DNA of 64,000 bases from Chara braunii (taxonomy: Eukaryota > Plantae > Charophyceae). Each line of letters starts with the position of its first letter. The first letter of the stretch is position 1. The stretch covers positions 5,156,183-5,220,182 of the forward strand of contig BFEA01000028.1 in NCBI GenBank assembly GCA_003427395.1. Reading direction: 5' to 3'. Below are positions 49,435-63,094 of the stretch, one piece after another. The notes beneath the pieces were generated by a model. The model was given only the letters and a program-made list of their open reading frames with translations. It did no database searches and had not been told where the DNA came from. Made by a program: the position numbers and the translations under genes.

Positions 49435-52400
49435 TCATCCTAGGACAAAAACGAAGTTGGTCTGTTGGAATGGGAATTCAAAATGGGCATGCAGTAGCCG
49501 CTCCCACTGTCCTTCCATAGTTAGCCATGGTTTCCACCACAGTTGGTCTGTCTTATCCAATTCGCAGAGCCCCTCGGCACTATCAACCCACAAGGACCAG
49601 ATGTTAACTGAGAGTCCATTTCCTTTTATCATATCCGGCTCTTTTTGCAGCATGTGTCTAAGTTCCTGCCAGGCTGCATGTGTATTTACTGTGATTGCTT
49701 CCAATACCGAGGCTTTTGCCTCCATATAGCTGTACGTGTACGACTTGTGTTCATGTGGACATCTCATTCATCATGCGATCATGAGCATTGGGAGCTGTGC
49801 AATGTTGAAGAGATTGAGCATGAAGGGCGACCACTGAGCTGCTGTGGGGGCATTTCCCCTAGCAGGATGGTCTTTAGGCCCCATGGCAGGTGGGTGCTCG
49901 TTAGGTGGTGCCATGCTACATCCCACCGTTGCACAACTGGACCACCATCGGGGAATCCAAGAGACAAGTGTTCCAATGTGGCTTGTTTTTTGGGGGAGGT
50001 CCTTCCGCAATAGGTGCAGAGCAGGGACAGCTCACCCCGGACTTCCAAGTTCGTTCTAGACGTTATCCAGCATGGGGTGGGCATGCACCTGTGTATAATC
50101 TGCCACTGCAATGCTCTGAGATTCGTGAGCCGGATGCTCGCATAGGTGGCCCATTTGAGCCTACTAAGGTCTTCCATCTTAAAGGGCAAGTCTCTGGCGC
50201 ATCGTGCTTTGATGTGCGCTGGATTTCTTGCAATCCTATATCCATTCTTTATTGAATACTGCCATATCTGGAATTTTCAGGTGCCCCCCATATCCCACTC
50301 CCATTCGCGTGGATCAAATGATAGCTGGCTGAGGGGTATGGTGGCCGCATATACATAGGACCCCTTCTCTCCATCTGTAAGGACACGTACTCTGGTTAGT
50401 CCAGACGGGGGCCTCTGGTGGTCCATGTCCTCGTCTCTGTGTAGATTAGACCACCGCTCCCCTGGGAGTTGCAGCCTATAAGCCAAGAGGGTCACCTCAC
50501 GGGTGTTTGTCGCTTCCACAATGTAGACTACCATCGGGATTGTCCGGTCCTCCAGTGGGATAACCCAGTCCCCTTGTCTTACCACCGGTCCTCTCTTGAG
50601 CTCCAAGATCCATGCTAACAGAATGGCCTCTCGAAGCTCTTGCAATCATTCCTTTAGCTTTCTAATCTGGTTCAGTTGGGACTGGAGGTCTTGGGACGAG
50701 TGCCATGTACTTGTTTGAGCATTCCATAGGTCACCAACGGTGTAAACTCCTCTCCTCACCCAAGGGAGCCATTTGGAGTTGGTGTATAAGGGGATGGGGT
50801 TGCAAGTTCGGTTTAAGAGGTGCAGGTTCCCGAACAATGGCTGCCTCCATATGTCCCATCTCAGAGGGACAGTTTTTTGGGTCGGCCATCTTTCCCTCCA
50901 CAATCGTAGAAAAAAGACCCACAGGGGGTCTACCTTTAGGTCCCATTTGGTTGTGGTTGCAAGTGCATTTTCTTTGCAATTGTGGGGGGGGCATCATAGT
51001 GGATGCACACAGTTATTTCCATTGCATTCCGGGGCCAAGGCCGAGATTTGGACAGCAGCATACGGTGCATACGAGATGAAATTGCCCGTTAGCAATCTTA
51101 TAATAAACTTAAAAATCAGTGCTTTTATCTCGTTCTCTGGGTTGACAATGCCTTACCCCGCTTCGGTGCGCGGTTGTGTTATGATATCCCATGCTACTCT
51201 CCTAATGCAGTTAATGTATTCATGGGTGCTGCGCCATAAGTAAGCAGACGCGACCTGTCTAAGTCTCGTTAGGTGTTTGCAGCACTTGCCAAAAGGCAAC
51301 TTTGTACCAGAGTGCCACAAATATGACATTATTTATGGTCAATGCCCTTCCCACTAAAGATGCATGGGTTGCTTTCCAAGCGTTCATGCATTGTATTGCC
51401 AGATCCACCAGTCTCTCATTGTGGTCATGGGGGGGGGCAACTGCAGTGAGGTTTACCCCCAGTACTATGATGGCGACATCCTTAGGTTTCTAGTCCACTT
51501 CTGGGGCCCTGGGTGGTGGATTATCATCACTGCTAATCCAGCATCCCTCTGTCTTCGTGCCCCAATTAACTCTCATGTATGTTGCCACTTCAAAAAGATG
51601 GATTGCATGTGCAAGCGCCTAGAAGGCTGGTTGAGTCTGCCCTAAAGAGAATAGTGAGGTCGTCTGCAAAGATGGATGTGTCCGGGACGAGGTGGGGCTT
51701 AATTTCTTGCCTATATATTGGGGTTTGCCCCTATCATTGCTGCCAATTCTTCCATCATAAGGACAAAGAGCATCGGGGCGATAGGGTTCCCTTGTCTCAC
51801 CAATCTTTGCAGGCGGATTGGCGACGCAAGGTAGCCGTCCATCATGGCGTTGGTACATGTTGTTCTATGGAACACATTTACCCACTTCCGAAGTTCGGGC
51901 CCAAAGTTCATTTTATTTAAGGCATATTTCCATAAAGTCCCAGTCCACTCTTTTTTTTTTTTTTTTTTTTTTAACGGGCCCAGTGCCCAAGGCTTATATT
52001 CCAAATGAAAATGTTGAGGCCGGGGTCCTCACAGTCTGCCCGGAGGGACCGAACCAAACCAAACCAAACTCACCGAGAACCGGACCAGCGTCCCTCCTAG
52101 GATGATGACAATGATCCAAATGATCCTGATGATGCAACTACGATGATTACGATTATAATGTATCATCTATTCCGACCTCCTAATCTTTGAGTAACACCTA
52201 ACCTTTCCTATACCAGAAAACCGATAATCAGAAATAATATCATCCTAACCAACGTCACTCATTGCCGGTTTCTTCTCGCCAACTAACAGCCCCCCCCCCG
52301 ATACACCACTGAATTGCCTTCCTCCCTTGGCAATCCCCAGATCTCTCTACAAGGCCTCACACTCCTGCGATCTGCAGGTTACAGGGCAACACCCCAGCTC

Positions 52401-54680
52401 CGGCCGGCGTCGTTCTGGCATCGGCGAACAGGGGCACATAATAGATCTACTCTGTTGACATTAGTCCGGGTTGTACCACCTCTAAGCACCTAGATCCCAG
52501 ATAAGGACAAGGGCTAGATGCTACCAAGATGATGATGATGATGATGATGATTAATCTAATGATTAACTTATCCCTTTTCTTATCAGTAAAGTGCTACGCA
52601 CTTCCTGGATCTTTAAAGACAGCCGTCTATCTCCCAGGGTGTGCGTAGCACTAATTAAAGATTAATGAAGACAAAAGCATGAGACGTTAATCAGAATATT
52701 GAAAGTCTCCTCCCCTCCCCCCCCTCCTCATTTCCCCCTGTCCCATCGTTGCCTCCGCCGAAGCCAGTCCCAATATATAGGCCCTTCCTTTCGGCCCCAA
52801 CTTGGAACAGACCCTGTCACCTTCACTATATCCCCAGAGGCATTCAGTTCCCACCCAAGGAATACCTCTGCATACCCCTTACCCTATTCTGCCCCCGCTG
52901 GGGCTGGATGTCTCATCTCACCTCTGCCCCAACCCCAGAATAGAGTATCCCTTATGATCTGCACATACCCTCTTCAGGGCGTCCACCTCCCTCCTTGTGA
53001 AGCCCCTGCAGAGCACTGCTCCCCCCCTCTATAATACCATACCACCAAACTGCAAATGAACACTAAATAGCCCGCTGGGAAAGACAAGAAACTTCCATAG
53101 GGAAAACATACGCATGAAAACGATGGAAAATACGAAATAAAACACGAAATAAAACACGAAATAAAATACAAAATACAATTAGAATTATGAATAAGACAGT
53201 CACATTGTAACGATTTTGAGGAAATCAAGGATGAACAATAAAGGAAAACTTGATTAGTAATTAATGGACAATAAAGGAAAACTTAATTAGTAATTAATGA
53301 AATAGAATTTTGGTATCAAAAATACCATGCAGGATCGTACATTAAATAGAAATCTAGGTACTTATAAATACCTTCTCGATTGATTTAATGGGAAATAACG
53401 GACCCAAGAATGGGACTGAACGGAAAAAATCCAGATAATAGTTGACATATTTATTAAAGATGATAGAAATAAAAAAATAAATTAGTATATTAGCCAAGAT
53501 ATGATTAATACGATAAAGACCAGATTCGATTTGTAGGATATAGTTGAGGAAAAAACCTGAGAAGCACACCTGGTGAACAGAAATCAATTACCAACATACC
53601 ACAAAAAAAAAACACAAAAAGCCTTCCCCTCCCCCACTCCTCCCTGCCCCCTTCCCTCTCCCCCCCTCTATCCCTACTTTTCCCGAACCTCTCCCCCATT
53701 ATGCGCCTCCTCTCCCCCAATCCTTTCCCCCCGCCACTTCTTACACTGGATGTCCCAATCTCCCACTATTGAAGTAGCAGACGGAGTGAATCAGAGAAAA
53801 AGAAACGAGCAGGAGAGAAGCGGGAGCAGGGAAGGTGGAGGTTACGGAGGAGGCGAATGAGATAATGGAAAGGAGGAGTGGAAAAAGATGATAGTGATGA
53901 TGATAATGATGATGATGACATCAACAATGCTGATGATGAAGACAACAATACCACCAAATGATGATGATGATAAAGGATACAATGCCACCTGATGACAATG
54001 ATGATGATGATGCTGATGCTGATGACTTCAGCAATGTTGATGATAAGGACAACGATACCAGTTAATGAAGTCCCAGTCCACATAGTTATACGCCTATTCA
54101 AAGTCAACAAAGAGTATGGTTGTATCCACCTTGCGTTGCCTTACGTATCTTATGGTTTCATTGAGAAGAAGGATATCATCTTGTATGTTCCTGTAGGGCA
54201 TGAAACCAGATTGGTCATGGTGGATAGGGTGTAACAGGTGGGGCAAAAGTCTGTTGGCCCAAACTTTTGCCAGAAACTTATAGGGGACGGGAAGGAGGGT
54301 GATCGACCTATAGTGTTCGATCTCCTCCTTATGCCTTTTTTTGTATACGCAGGTTGTTAACCCCTGACCAATCATGTTGTCGAAGGTCTCCTCGATGTAG
54401 ACCACATTCACGTAATGACAAAAAAATCGTCCTGGAATGCATCTCATAAATGAAACCAAAACTCCTTCGGGAAAGAGTTGAGTGTTGGGGTTTTCCCATC
54501 ATCCATGTCTTCTAGAAGTAACATATCCTCTCGCCTGATCGGTGCCTCAATTGTTTTCCGCTGGTTTGTTGTGAGCATGGATGTGAGAGCATTTAGGAAG
54601 GTGTCCTGGACCATTTGTAGCATCTGCGGCGACCACTGGTGGGCTTCAAATTTGGAAAGCTTTTGGTAATATGTTGAGAC
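49435..54680 (-). mobile_element. Degenerate L1/Tx1 LINE ORF2 (RT to zf-RVT), split by a retro-insertion
   Basis: YRSITLLPVPYKFLAK, DQSGF, VDFE..YNYVDWDF, RQGNPIAPMLF, LFADD, CTYC...TLEHL. Confidence 0.88.
51949..54067 (-). mobile_element. 2.1-kb non-coding poly-A retroposed insertion
   Basis: Perfect TSD AAGTCCCAGTCCAC at 51935-51948 and 54068-54081; poly-T at the left edge. Confidence 0.85.
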
Positions 54681-54689
54681 ATGGTTGAC

Positions 54690-55260
54690 TATTTTATAGG
54701 CGTTGGTTGCCCCAACTTGGTTGTTATTGAAGGGGTGCCTAAGGGATGAGACCGTACTTCATCTGCTTCTGGCCTTATCATTTTGGAAGAATGTCCTTTG
54801 CCCCCTCCCCATGACCACAATGAAAAACTGGTAGATCTAGCAATACAACGCATGGACGCTTGAAAAGAAACCCATACATCATGAGTGGGAAGAGCATAAG
54901 CGATAAATAATGCCATATTTGCGGCAATCTGGTACAAAGTTGTCATTTGGCAAGTGAGCCGCAAACGACTTACGAGACTTAGACAAGTCGTGTCTACTTA
55001 TTCATGGCGCGACAACCATGAATACATTAAATGAATTAGGAGAGTAGCATGGGATATTAACCGCACACCAAAGGAAAATTACGCATTGTCGACCCAAAAA
55101 ACAAGATAGAAGCACCAATTTTTAAGTTTATTATAAAATTGCTAGTGGGCAATTTCGTCCCCCAGGCACCGTATGTTGATGACCAAATCTCAGCCTTGGT
55201 CCCAAAATGCAATGAAAATAACCACGTGCATCCGAAACGATAGCTAACCAACTTCACACT
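54690..55260 (-). pseudogene. Second LINE ORF2 fragment paralogous to 51000-51430
   Basis: Shared sequence, e.g. GTCTAAGTCTCGT and ATCCCATGCTACTCTCCTAAT, present here as the reverse complement; strand relative to the first copy appears inverted. Confidence 0.6.
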
Positions 55261-55352
55261 AACAGATTGTGCGGGTTGGATTACAATAGGTTGTTGAGTG
55301 AGGATCGTGAGTCCTTCGTGCTTTTTAACTACATGAGCGATATGAAGCTATA

Positions 55353-55556
55353 CAGCTGGGTAGCACGACGTACACGTACGCGGGATCCGCATACGTGCAT
55401 ATGCACGTATGCGCATACATGTCACATACGTATGCGCGCATACGCAAATTTAGGGCCCGCGTACGTGGTCACAGCGGGCCGTTTCCCGGGTTTGTTTGGG
55501 CCCGGTAGGGGTTGGGGGGTGGGCGTTGGGATTGGTTGGGGTGTGTGGGTGTGTGG

Positions 55557-55592
<36 letters not shown>

Positions 55593-55594
55593 CT

Positions 55595-55630
<36 letters not shown>

Positions 55631-55909
55631 GGAGGGGGAGGACAGACAGACAGACGGAAAGGAGGGGGATAACAGATAGACAGACAGTACCACGGGAGGG
55701 GTAGGAGGAGGGGTAGGAGGAGGAAGAGGACGAAAATCATGGTCGGGAGGGGGAGGAGGAGATATGTCACTAAATACTGACTATATATATTATATATATA
55801 TTATATATATATGTGTAAAAAAAAAAAAAAAACATGTACGCGTATACTGGTTTTTGGGCACGTACGCGTACGCACGCATACGTACGCGTGCGGTGGTGCT
55901 ACCCAGTTA
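55353..55909. mobile_element. TA-flanked MITE with CGTACG-rich subterminal repeats and internal microsatellites
   Basis: TIR CAGCTGGGTAGCAC / GTGCTACCCAGTTA; TA on both sides. Confidence 0.7.
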
Positions 55910-56149
55910 TATAGGAAATTTGAAAGTAAGATTGAATGTGTGCATGTTGTTTTTGTTAAACTGTCTATTTCTACTTCATTTATTTCGACTTCAACACCTA
56001 CTTCAACATTTACTTTATCGTTTACTTTGGCTTCTACTTCATCATCATCAAATTTTTAATCCAAATCTGGTCATATTATTCCAACCAATCTCGAACAAGT
56101 ATTTGAAAGTGCTTGCGAAGCTGTGAGGTTTGTCATAATGCACTGTCAA

Positions 56150-57987
56150 ACAAAAGATCGAGATCTCACAAGACAATCAACCTCTTAAGGGTTATGAGGG
56201 ATCAACAAAACATGCACAACTGCTAAGGGAGATCGAGGGGCTGCTTGATAAGGGGTGGAGTGCACATAGTGAGTCTTGAATATGGAACTCAAAATTATTT
56301 ATACCACAAAAAAATAAGCAACTCCGAACCTGCATTGATTACTGAGGACTAAATAAAAGCAGAAAAATGAACGTTTATCCTCTACCTCGAATTGATAACC
56401 TTTTTTATGTGGCTATAAACCGTTAAGTGTTCTCCAAAATGAATCTCAATATTGGGTGCCACTAGATTGAAGTCGATCCTGTAAACCAATACAAGACTAT
56501 ATTCAAGACGAGGAATGTGTTGTACAAATTCTTCGTTACACCTTTGACCTCATGAATGCACCCGCCACATTTCAAAATTTGATGGACTGAATTTTTAAAA
56601 CTCAGCTTAACAAGTTTATAGTTGCTTACCATATTGATTTTTAAGAAGCTCATGGAGGAATATGAACACCATTCCAGATATCTTGCCAGAAAAGACATTG
56701 CACCTGAACTTGGACGGATCTGAGTTTGAGAAAGATAATGTCATTTATCTTTGGCACATTATCTCTCCTGTTGGCCATGAGCCAGACATAGCGAATATGG
56801 AGGTCATCACTTCATAGCCTTTACTTGTAAATGTATGTGATCTGCAGTCATTCTTAGGTCTAGCATCATAACTTTGTCCTAAATTTTTCATTGATAGCCT
56901 GACCATTGAGTACAATGACAAACAAAAATATGTGCTTTTTACGGAATGAGAAATGTGAGATTGTGTTTCCAAAGTCAAAGTCTGTATTGGTGAGTTATCT
57001 TATCCTTCACATTGTTGATCCTCATTTACTTGTTGTGATCGTCGATCCATGCCGGTTTGACATTAGTGTTGTTTCATTGCAAGGTACTGGGACTGGATGA
57101 CTCTAGTTGAGTACATGAGTAGAAAGTTGAACACCCAGAAGTCATCAGCTCTACTTACAAACATGAACTCTTTGCAGTAAAAAAAAAAAATTGTAGTAGT
57201 GTAACATTACCCCCTTGACCGACACTTAAAGAGGGTATTGAGATCATCAAACTTTATAGTGGATAAAGACCCAGCCTAAACTTAACACAATGCTCAATGG
57301 TGCCAAAAGATCGTTGTGTGAGACTTTGAGGTAAAGCACAAGAAGACTATTAAAATCGTGTTGTGTTGATTCTTTATCTCGTCATTCTAGATACATGAAC
57401 TTCATTATTAAGTCCTTGTTCATTTTATATTCGATCATTCTGAATATACGAATGTCATTGTTAAGTCTTTGGATATTTTCTCAGTCCATGCAAGTCTAAA
57501 ATAGAAGCAACCCCAAAAAAGTTACTTTTGGGCCTATCTTTATGTAATTGTTGGTTGATCAAGTTTCTAGCCTGATTTTCACATTCAAGACGGTAAGTTG
57601 CTCTGCATACATATGATACCTGATCTGTTGTGTGTGTCTGATTATGAGGCATTTTTTACTCTTACATTTTCGGTGAATGTCACCACAACTGTAGTCACTT
57701 TGATTTTTTTTAAACATACGCGAGTTTGTTGCACCAATTTTATTAGCTTGGTATGAAAAAATTTGTGCGTAAGTTTGTGAAAAGCTGTCAAGTCTGGTAA
57801 AGGCACAAAATCTGCCGGTAGCAACCCCTTAGTTTGCTCCAACCCCTTCTATCCCCGAAGACCCTGGTGAATGTATCTCAATTGACTTCACCAACATGAG
57901 CAATGAAAGTAGAAATAGATGTTAGGCTTTTAGCCGATCATGACCAGTGTCAATAGGTTTTCTAAGTTTGTTACTTTGATTCTTTCA
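56150..57987 (+). pseudogene. Heavily decayed Ty3/gypsy pol (RT, RNase H, integrase)
   Basis: LRTCIDY*GLNK, VYPLPRIDNL, LQSFLGLASY, SRFSKFV remnants. Confidence 0.8.
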
Positions 57988-60900
57988 TGTGGTGGACCCA
58001 CCAGGTGTGGTGCTCCGCCAAAGATGGAGATGGAGGAAGAAGAGGGAGCGAGATGGCACAACACAACTCCCACGCCAAACTCCAGCGCACGTACTCCACA
58101 CTGTGCGAATGTAGAATGAATACCGAAAACAGACAACAACTGGGGTATACCCCAGCGGACTGACGGGACTGGACTGACTGGTACCGATAGAGGTACCGGC
58201 CTGGACTGGAATGCCCCGAATAGAACACAGGTCTGTGAGAGCAGGCCAAGGGGCTCACAGGCCAACCAGAGGTCCGCTACACGATCCTCGTCATGTGATG
58301 GATGACCTAGATACAAGCACGCTTCCGCCAAGAAGCGAAACTCTACCAAAGAAAAAAGAAAACCCGAGTAGTCTAGGATGCGGAGCAAGCTCCATGCTGA
58401 GTCCATGCGATGCAACCTAGGATAGAAAATGTCACAAACAGCAATGCCACAGCTAACAGCCTAAGTGAAAGCATATGCAACTAACTAGCATACATGTCAT
58501 AGGAAAGCAGAAAGTAACGACAACTAGATCCTAGAATGTTGGAGACAGTAGCCTCAGTCTGGAAAAAGTTGACTAGTGTATAAGTCCTAAGAACAGCAAA
58601 AGCAAAACAACTAAATCCTAGAAATGTCAGAGGCAGTAGCCTCAGTCTGAGAGCAACAAGCAACAACAAGTCAATCATATGTCACAGGAGAAGTGTGTCG
58701 CAAACCAAAGGGTGGGATGGTCTCTGAGGGTGGCGAATGCAGCCTAGGGGTCGAAAACTCCTAAGGGCATCCACACATAGTGACAGGGGGAACACATGTC
58801 GTCAGGCTCAATAAGGGTAGGGAACTGGGAGCGAACAGAACCAATGACCCTAACAGATAGACCATCAAGGCGGGTAATGCTCGACTAAAGGGNTGACTGC
58901 TATGGAGGGTCGACCATGCAAGGGAACAAGGGAGCCTGGTATACTGGGCACACCTAGATGAAGCATGCAAGGCTGCCTAACTAGGGCGTGAGGGCCGGCA
59001 AAGGGTAGAAAGGTGATGGGTAAGGGAATCATGCAAATGACTTCTAAAATGAGGGAAGTCGGAGCTAGATCCGTAAGATGGGAAGCCAGGGCAACGCTAC
59101 GGTCCCGATGCCTATGCGTATACCAAGGGAGAGCCCAACTCAGAGGAACCCGACTAAAGAGAGACCATCATGCGGCACAACAAGGGTACTGTATAAGGTA
59201 AAGTGGTAAGAGAGTGACGACGTCTGAAGTAGGCAGAGCTGATCGTGACGAAGTCCATGAAGCTGCCGATGACGTCCATGATGAGAAGTCTGGAATGCCG
59301 TCGAGGAAGAGTCGCAACGTCGACGAGCTGAAGTAGCAAAACTGATCATTCGATCAGCAGACTGATCATTAGATTGCGTGTGTAATCCTACTTCCTCTCC
59401 CTTAAAAAAAAAAAAAGGGACGGAGATTGCGTGAGTTCATTGAGCCGGCGCTTCATTTCTTCGACCTCGGGGACGGAGAGTTGGTACAGAGGGTGACAAG
59501 GAGGAGAATGGTCGGGCTCGAGATCAATGGTGTGGGATACACCTCGATCGGGAGGTAAACCGGCGGGCAAAAACTCAGGGAAGACGTCCTTGAATTCAGA
59601 GAGGAGAGCGGTGATGTGAGGATTGGACGGGGGGTCTTGGTCGGGTTTGTCCGTTGGAAGCAAGTCCTCGGGACGCTCGTGGTCAATAACAAGACAATAG
59701 TAAGCGGAGTTTGAGTGTTCACGAGACATATGAAGGAATTGGTGAGGGGAGACAGGGGGTGGGGTAGAAAGGGGAAGAAGGTAAGGGATATCAAGAGGAG
59801 AGTCAGGAGGGCGGGTGAGTCGGACGAGGTCAGGAGGGGTGGAAGGAGTATGGCATAAAACGGTCAAGCCACGAAGTCTTCAGGACGATATCGCACATGA
59901 GGTGCATGACATCGAAGGAGACCTGACTGCGAAGAGGGCCGACAATCATGAGGGTCTCGGGGATAGTGCGATCGACAACGATGGTCGAGTCCTTATCCCC
60001 TAGTCGGATGGTGATCGGGGAGTCATAGCCGGTGGAAGAGAGGCCGACTTTGCAGACACAGGCTTCAGTGATGAAGTTGTCGGTGACACCAATATCAAGG
60101 AGGGCCCGAAACTTCACCGTTGATGCGCCAAGGGATACGGCGATAAACTTGAGTTGGTATCGTGCGGTTTCGGCACAAGCAGAAGAGATAATGGTGTTAA
60201 GGTGGCGTTGTTCCAAACCTAATCTAACAAGCCGATCGTGTCGTGCTTGTTCCTCAACGAGATCAAAGAAGGTGGTGGAGGAGGGGTTAGGGATGAGAGT
60301 AAAAGAGCAGGTGCTACTGGGAAGCTCGACCGACGGGATAGCACACGTCGTCGGGAGGGGGGCAGGTTGAGTAGACTTGTTGTCGTCAAGGAGGTAGTTG
60401 GGGGGAAGTTGTGGCATTCCAGGGTAAACCCCGTAGGTAACTTGGGAGGTGGGAATGGTGGAGGTCGTCATGATGGGTTGTGAGATAGTATGGGAGTGCG
60501 GGGGGGTAAGAGGGGTGATGTGGTTAGGTGAGGAATGAGGCGGTGTGCTGAAAGCGCTAGATGAGGGGGGGAGAAGGGTGGAGGAGGCAAAGGTGGTGAA
60601 TGTGGTGGTAGAGGTAGTAGGAGTGGAGGAGATCGACGGGGGGGTGTGGCTGGAGGCAGCTGTGGACGTGGGGGTGGTGGTGGTAACCACCTGGATGAAG
60701 GGGGTAGTGGTCTGGGACTCGAGGGCGGTGGATGTGGGCACGGTCGTAGAGGTGGGTGTCAAGGTCGTGACCACTGTGATTGCCGGGGTTTGCTGCTCGA
60801 TAGAGGTCACGCAGTTGGATAGGTTTTGGTGATGGACGCGCGGATGTCCGTTTGGAAAGAGGACAACATGCGAATGAGGGTGGCGATATCGGTGGCAACA

Positions 60901-61806
60901 GGCTCTGATCTTTGTTCACCCGTAAGTTCGCAAGCGAGGCTATCAACATACTGGGTGTTGACAGCGGTCATATCGATGCTGGAGGATTGGGCCATGTTGG
61001 GGGAAGATGGAGTGGATGCGGCGGCAGCGGTGGATGAAGCGATGACTGCAAATGAGGTGGAGGCAGATGCGGCGACAGTAGCGGTCGCTGTGGCAGCAGC
61101 GGCGACGACCACGCGTTGAGAGTTCTTGGTGTTGCGTGCTGGCATGTGGAGATTCGGGGGGGGGAAGGGCAAGGGGGGGAGTTTCTGATTTATTTATCAA
61201 TAAATAAAGATAATTGCCAAGATTTTCCAAAGAAGAAAAAAATAAAAATAAAATAAAATCGAATTTACAAAATGTCGAAAAAGAATTTAAATAATCAGAA
61301 CATATTTTCGAATTCAAGGAGGAGGAAGATTTTTTGGAAAAAGAAAAGATAAAAGGAATTTGGGGATTTATGTGAAGGCAGGGTGTGGGAATTAATGTAA
61401 TTCGGCAAAAAATGCCCGCGATAAATCAATTCGAGAAAATTAAAATTTTTGAATGGAATTGGGAAATAAATGAGATTTAAGATGAATATTTTACAAAAAA
61501 AATAAATAATAATAATTAAATTTCGAAATTCAAGATTTCCAAAATAATTAATTTTAACAAATTTAAAAATAAAAATAAAAATGACTTTTTAAAAATATTT
61601 AAATAAATTAAATATTTATTTGAATTAAAAATTAATTTCAAGGATTAAATGCAAATTAAAATTATTCATATTTAATGAATGGGTTTAATATCAATGTAAT
61701 TTAAGGGATTTTAATAAATTTGAAACAAATTTAAACCGACTGTAATTAATTTCAACATTTTTTTATTTTTTATTTATTTTTTTTATTTTTTGGAAGAATT
61801 GGATCA
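57988..61806 (-). mobile_element. Internally deleted gypsy element: gag-like low-complexity ORF, protease, RT start, PPT, single LTR (about 57988-59386)
   Basis: ALLDIGVTDNFI; EFKDVFPEFLPAGLPPDRGVSHTIDL; purine tract AAGGGAGAGGAAGTAGGA at about 59387-59404; possible TSD TTTCA at 57983-57987 and 61807-61811. Confidence 0.6.
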
Positions 61807-62122
61807 TTTCATTGCAAACGAAGAGGAGGCCGGGAATACCTCACAAACAACCCGGAAGAACTGAGGCCATTACTCAGCTTCGGCTTGTGCTGGAAACCGG
61901 GTCCAGCGTCCCTTTTCCTAACTCGTTCTACAAACATCTTCCAAAAAAATTAACACTGACAACTTGACAAGAATGCTACAACTTGAACCCTAAACCACAA
62001 ACCATAGAAAGCGAGACTGAAGCGTTGGCAAACCGTTATCAAGACTCCAACCCGAGATGCAATCCAGAAGACCACCCCTTTCCAGGAGGCCGGGAACAGT
62101 CGAGTAACAGCTAAATTAACTC

Positions 62123-62656
62123 ACTCACACTGACCCCTCACCTTTGTCAGAGCTGCCCTCATATCCTTACCATCCAAAAATAGTGTGAAAAGCCTGAGCT
62201 GCCAAGACGAGTTTCCCACCACGCAACCTTGGATCTTCGTTGTATAGCGATCACAATGGGTGCAACTCAAGTTTGCTCTTCACCGGGTCTCTCTTACCAC
62301 CTAGCCAGTAGCGTTCCCATCGCCCCTTCATACACTCTCACTCATGAAGATGGCGCCGCTGCTAGTAGTTCCATGATTTTTACTCTGAACTCACACTGAC
62401 CCCTCACCTTTGTCAGAGCTGCCCTCATATCCTTACCATCCAAAAATACTGTGAAAAGCCTGAGCTGCCATGACGGGTTTCCCACCANGCACCCTTGGAT
62501 CTTCGTTGTATAGCGATCACAATGGGTGCAACTCAAGTTTGCTCTTCACTGGGTCTCTCTTACCACCTAGCCAGTAGCGTTCCCACCGCCCCTTCATNCA
62601 CTCTCACTGATCAAGATGGCGCCGCTGCTAGTAGTTCCATGGACTTTGCTCTGAAC
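62123..62656. repeat. Tandem duplication, 266-bp period
   Basis: ACTCACACTGACCCCTCACC at 62123 and 62389; near-identical copies. Confidence 0.95.
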
Positions 62657-62819
62657 CATAATCNAAATACCCCGCTCTCTCCATCGTATTCCATTGTACC
62701 AACCTTCTCGGACCAAGATGTCTAGACGACGCAGCACAAGGAGACCAAATTATTGTATCTATTTTAATTTGCCAAAACTATCAACCATACTACCAGAAGC
62801 AAGCAATGATAAGCTATAA

Positions 62820-63094
62820 NNNNNNNNNNNNNNNNNNNNNNNNNNNNNNNNNNNNNNNNNNNNNNNNNNNNNNNNNNNNNNNNNNNNNNNNNNNNNNNNN
62901 NNNNNNNNNNNNNNNNNNNNNNNNNNNNNNNNNNNNNNNNNNNNNNNNNNNNNNNNNNNNNNNNNNNNNNNNNNNNNNNNNNNNNNNNNNNNNNNNNNNN
63001 NNNNNNNNNNNNNNNNNNNNNNNNNNNNNNNNNNNNNNNNNNNNNNNNNNNNNNNNNNNNNNNNNNNNNNNNNNNNNNNNNNNNNNNNNNNNNN
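62820..63094. other. Assembly gap
   Basis: Run of N. Confidence 1.
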
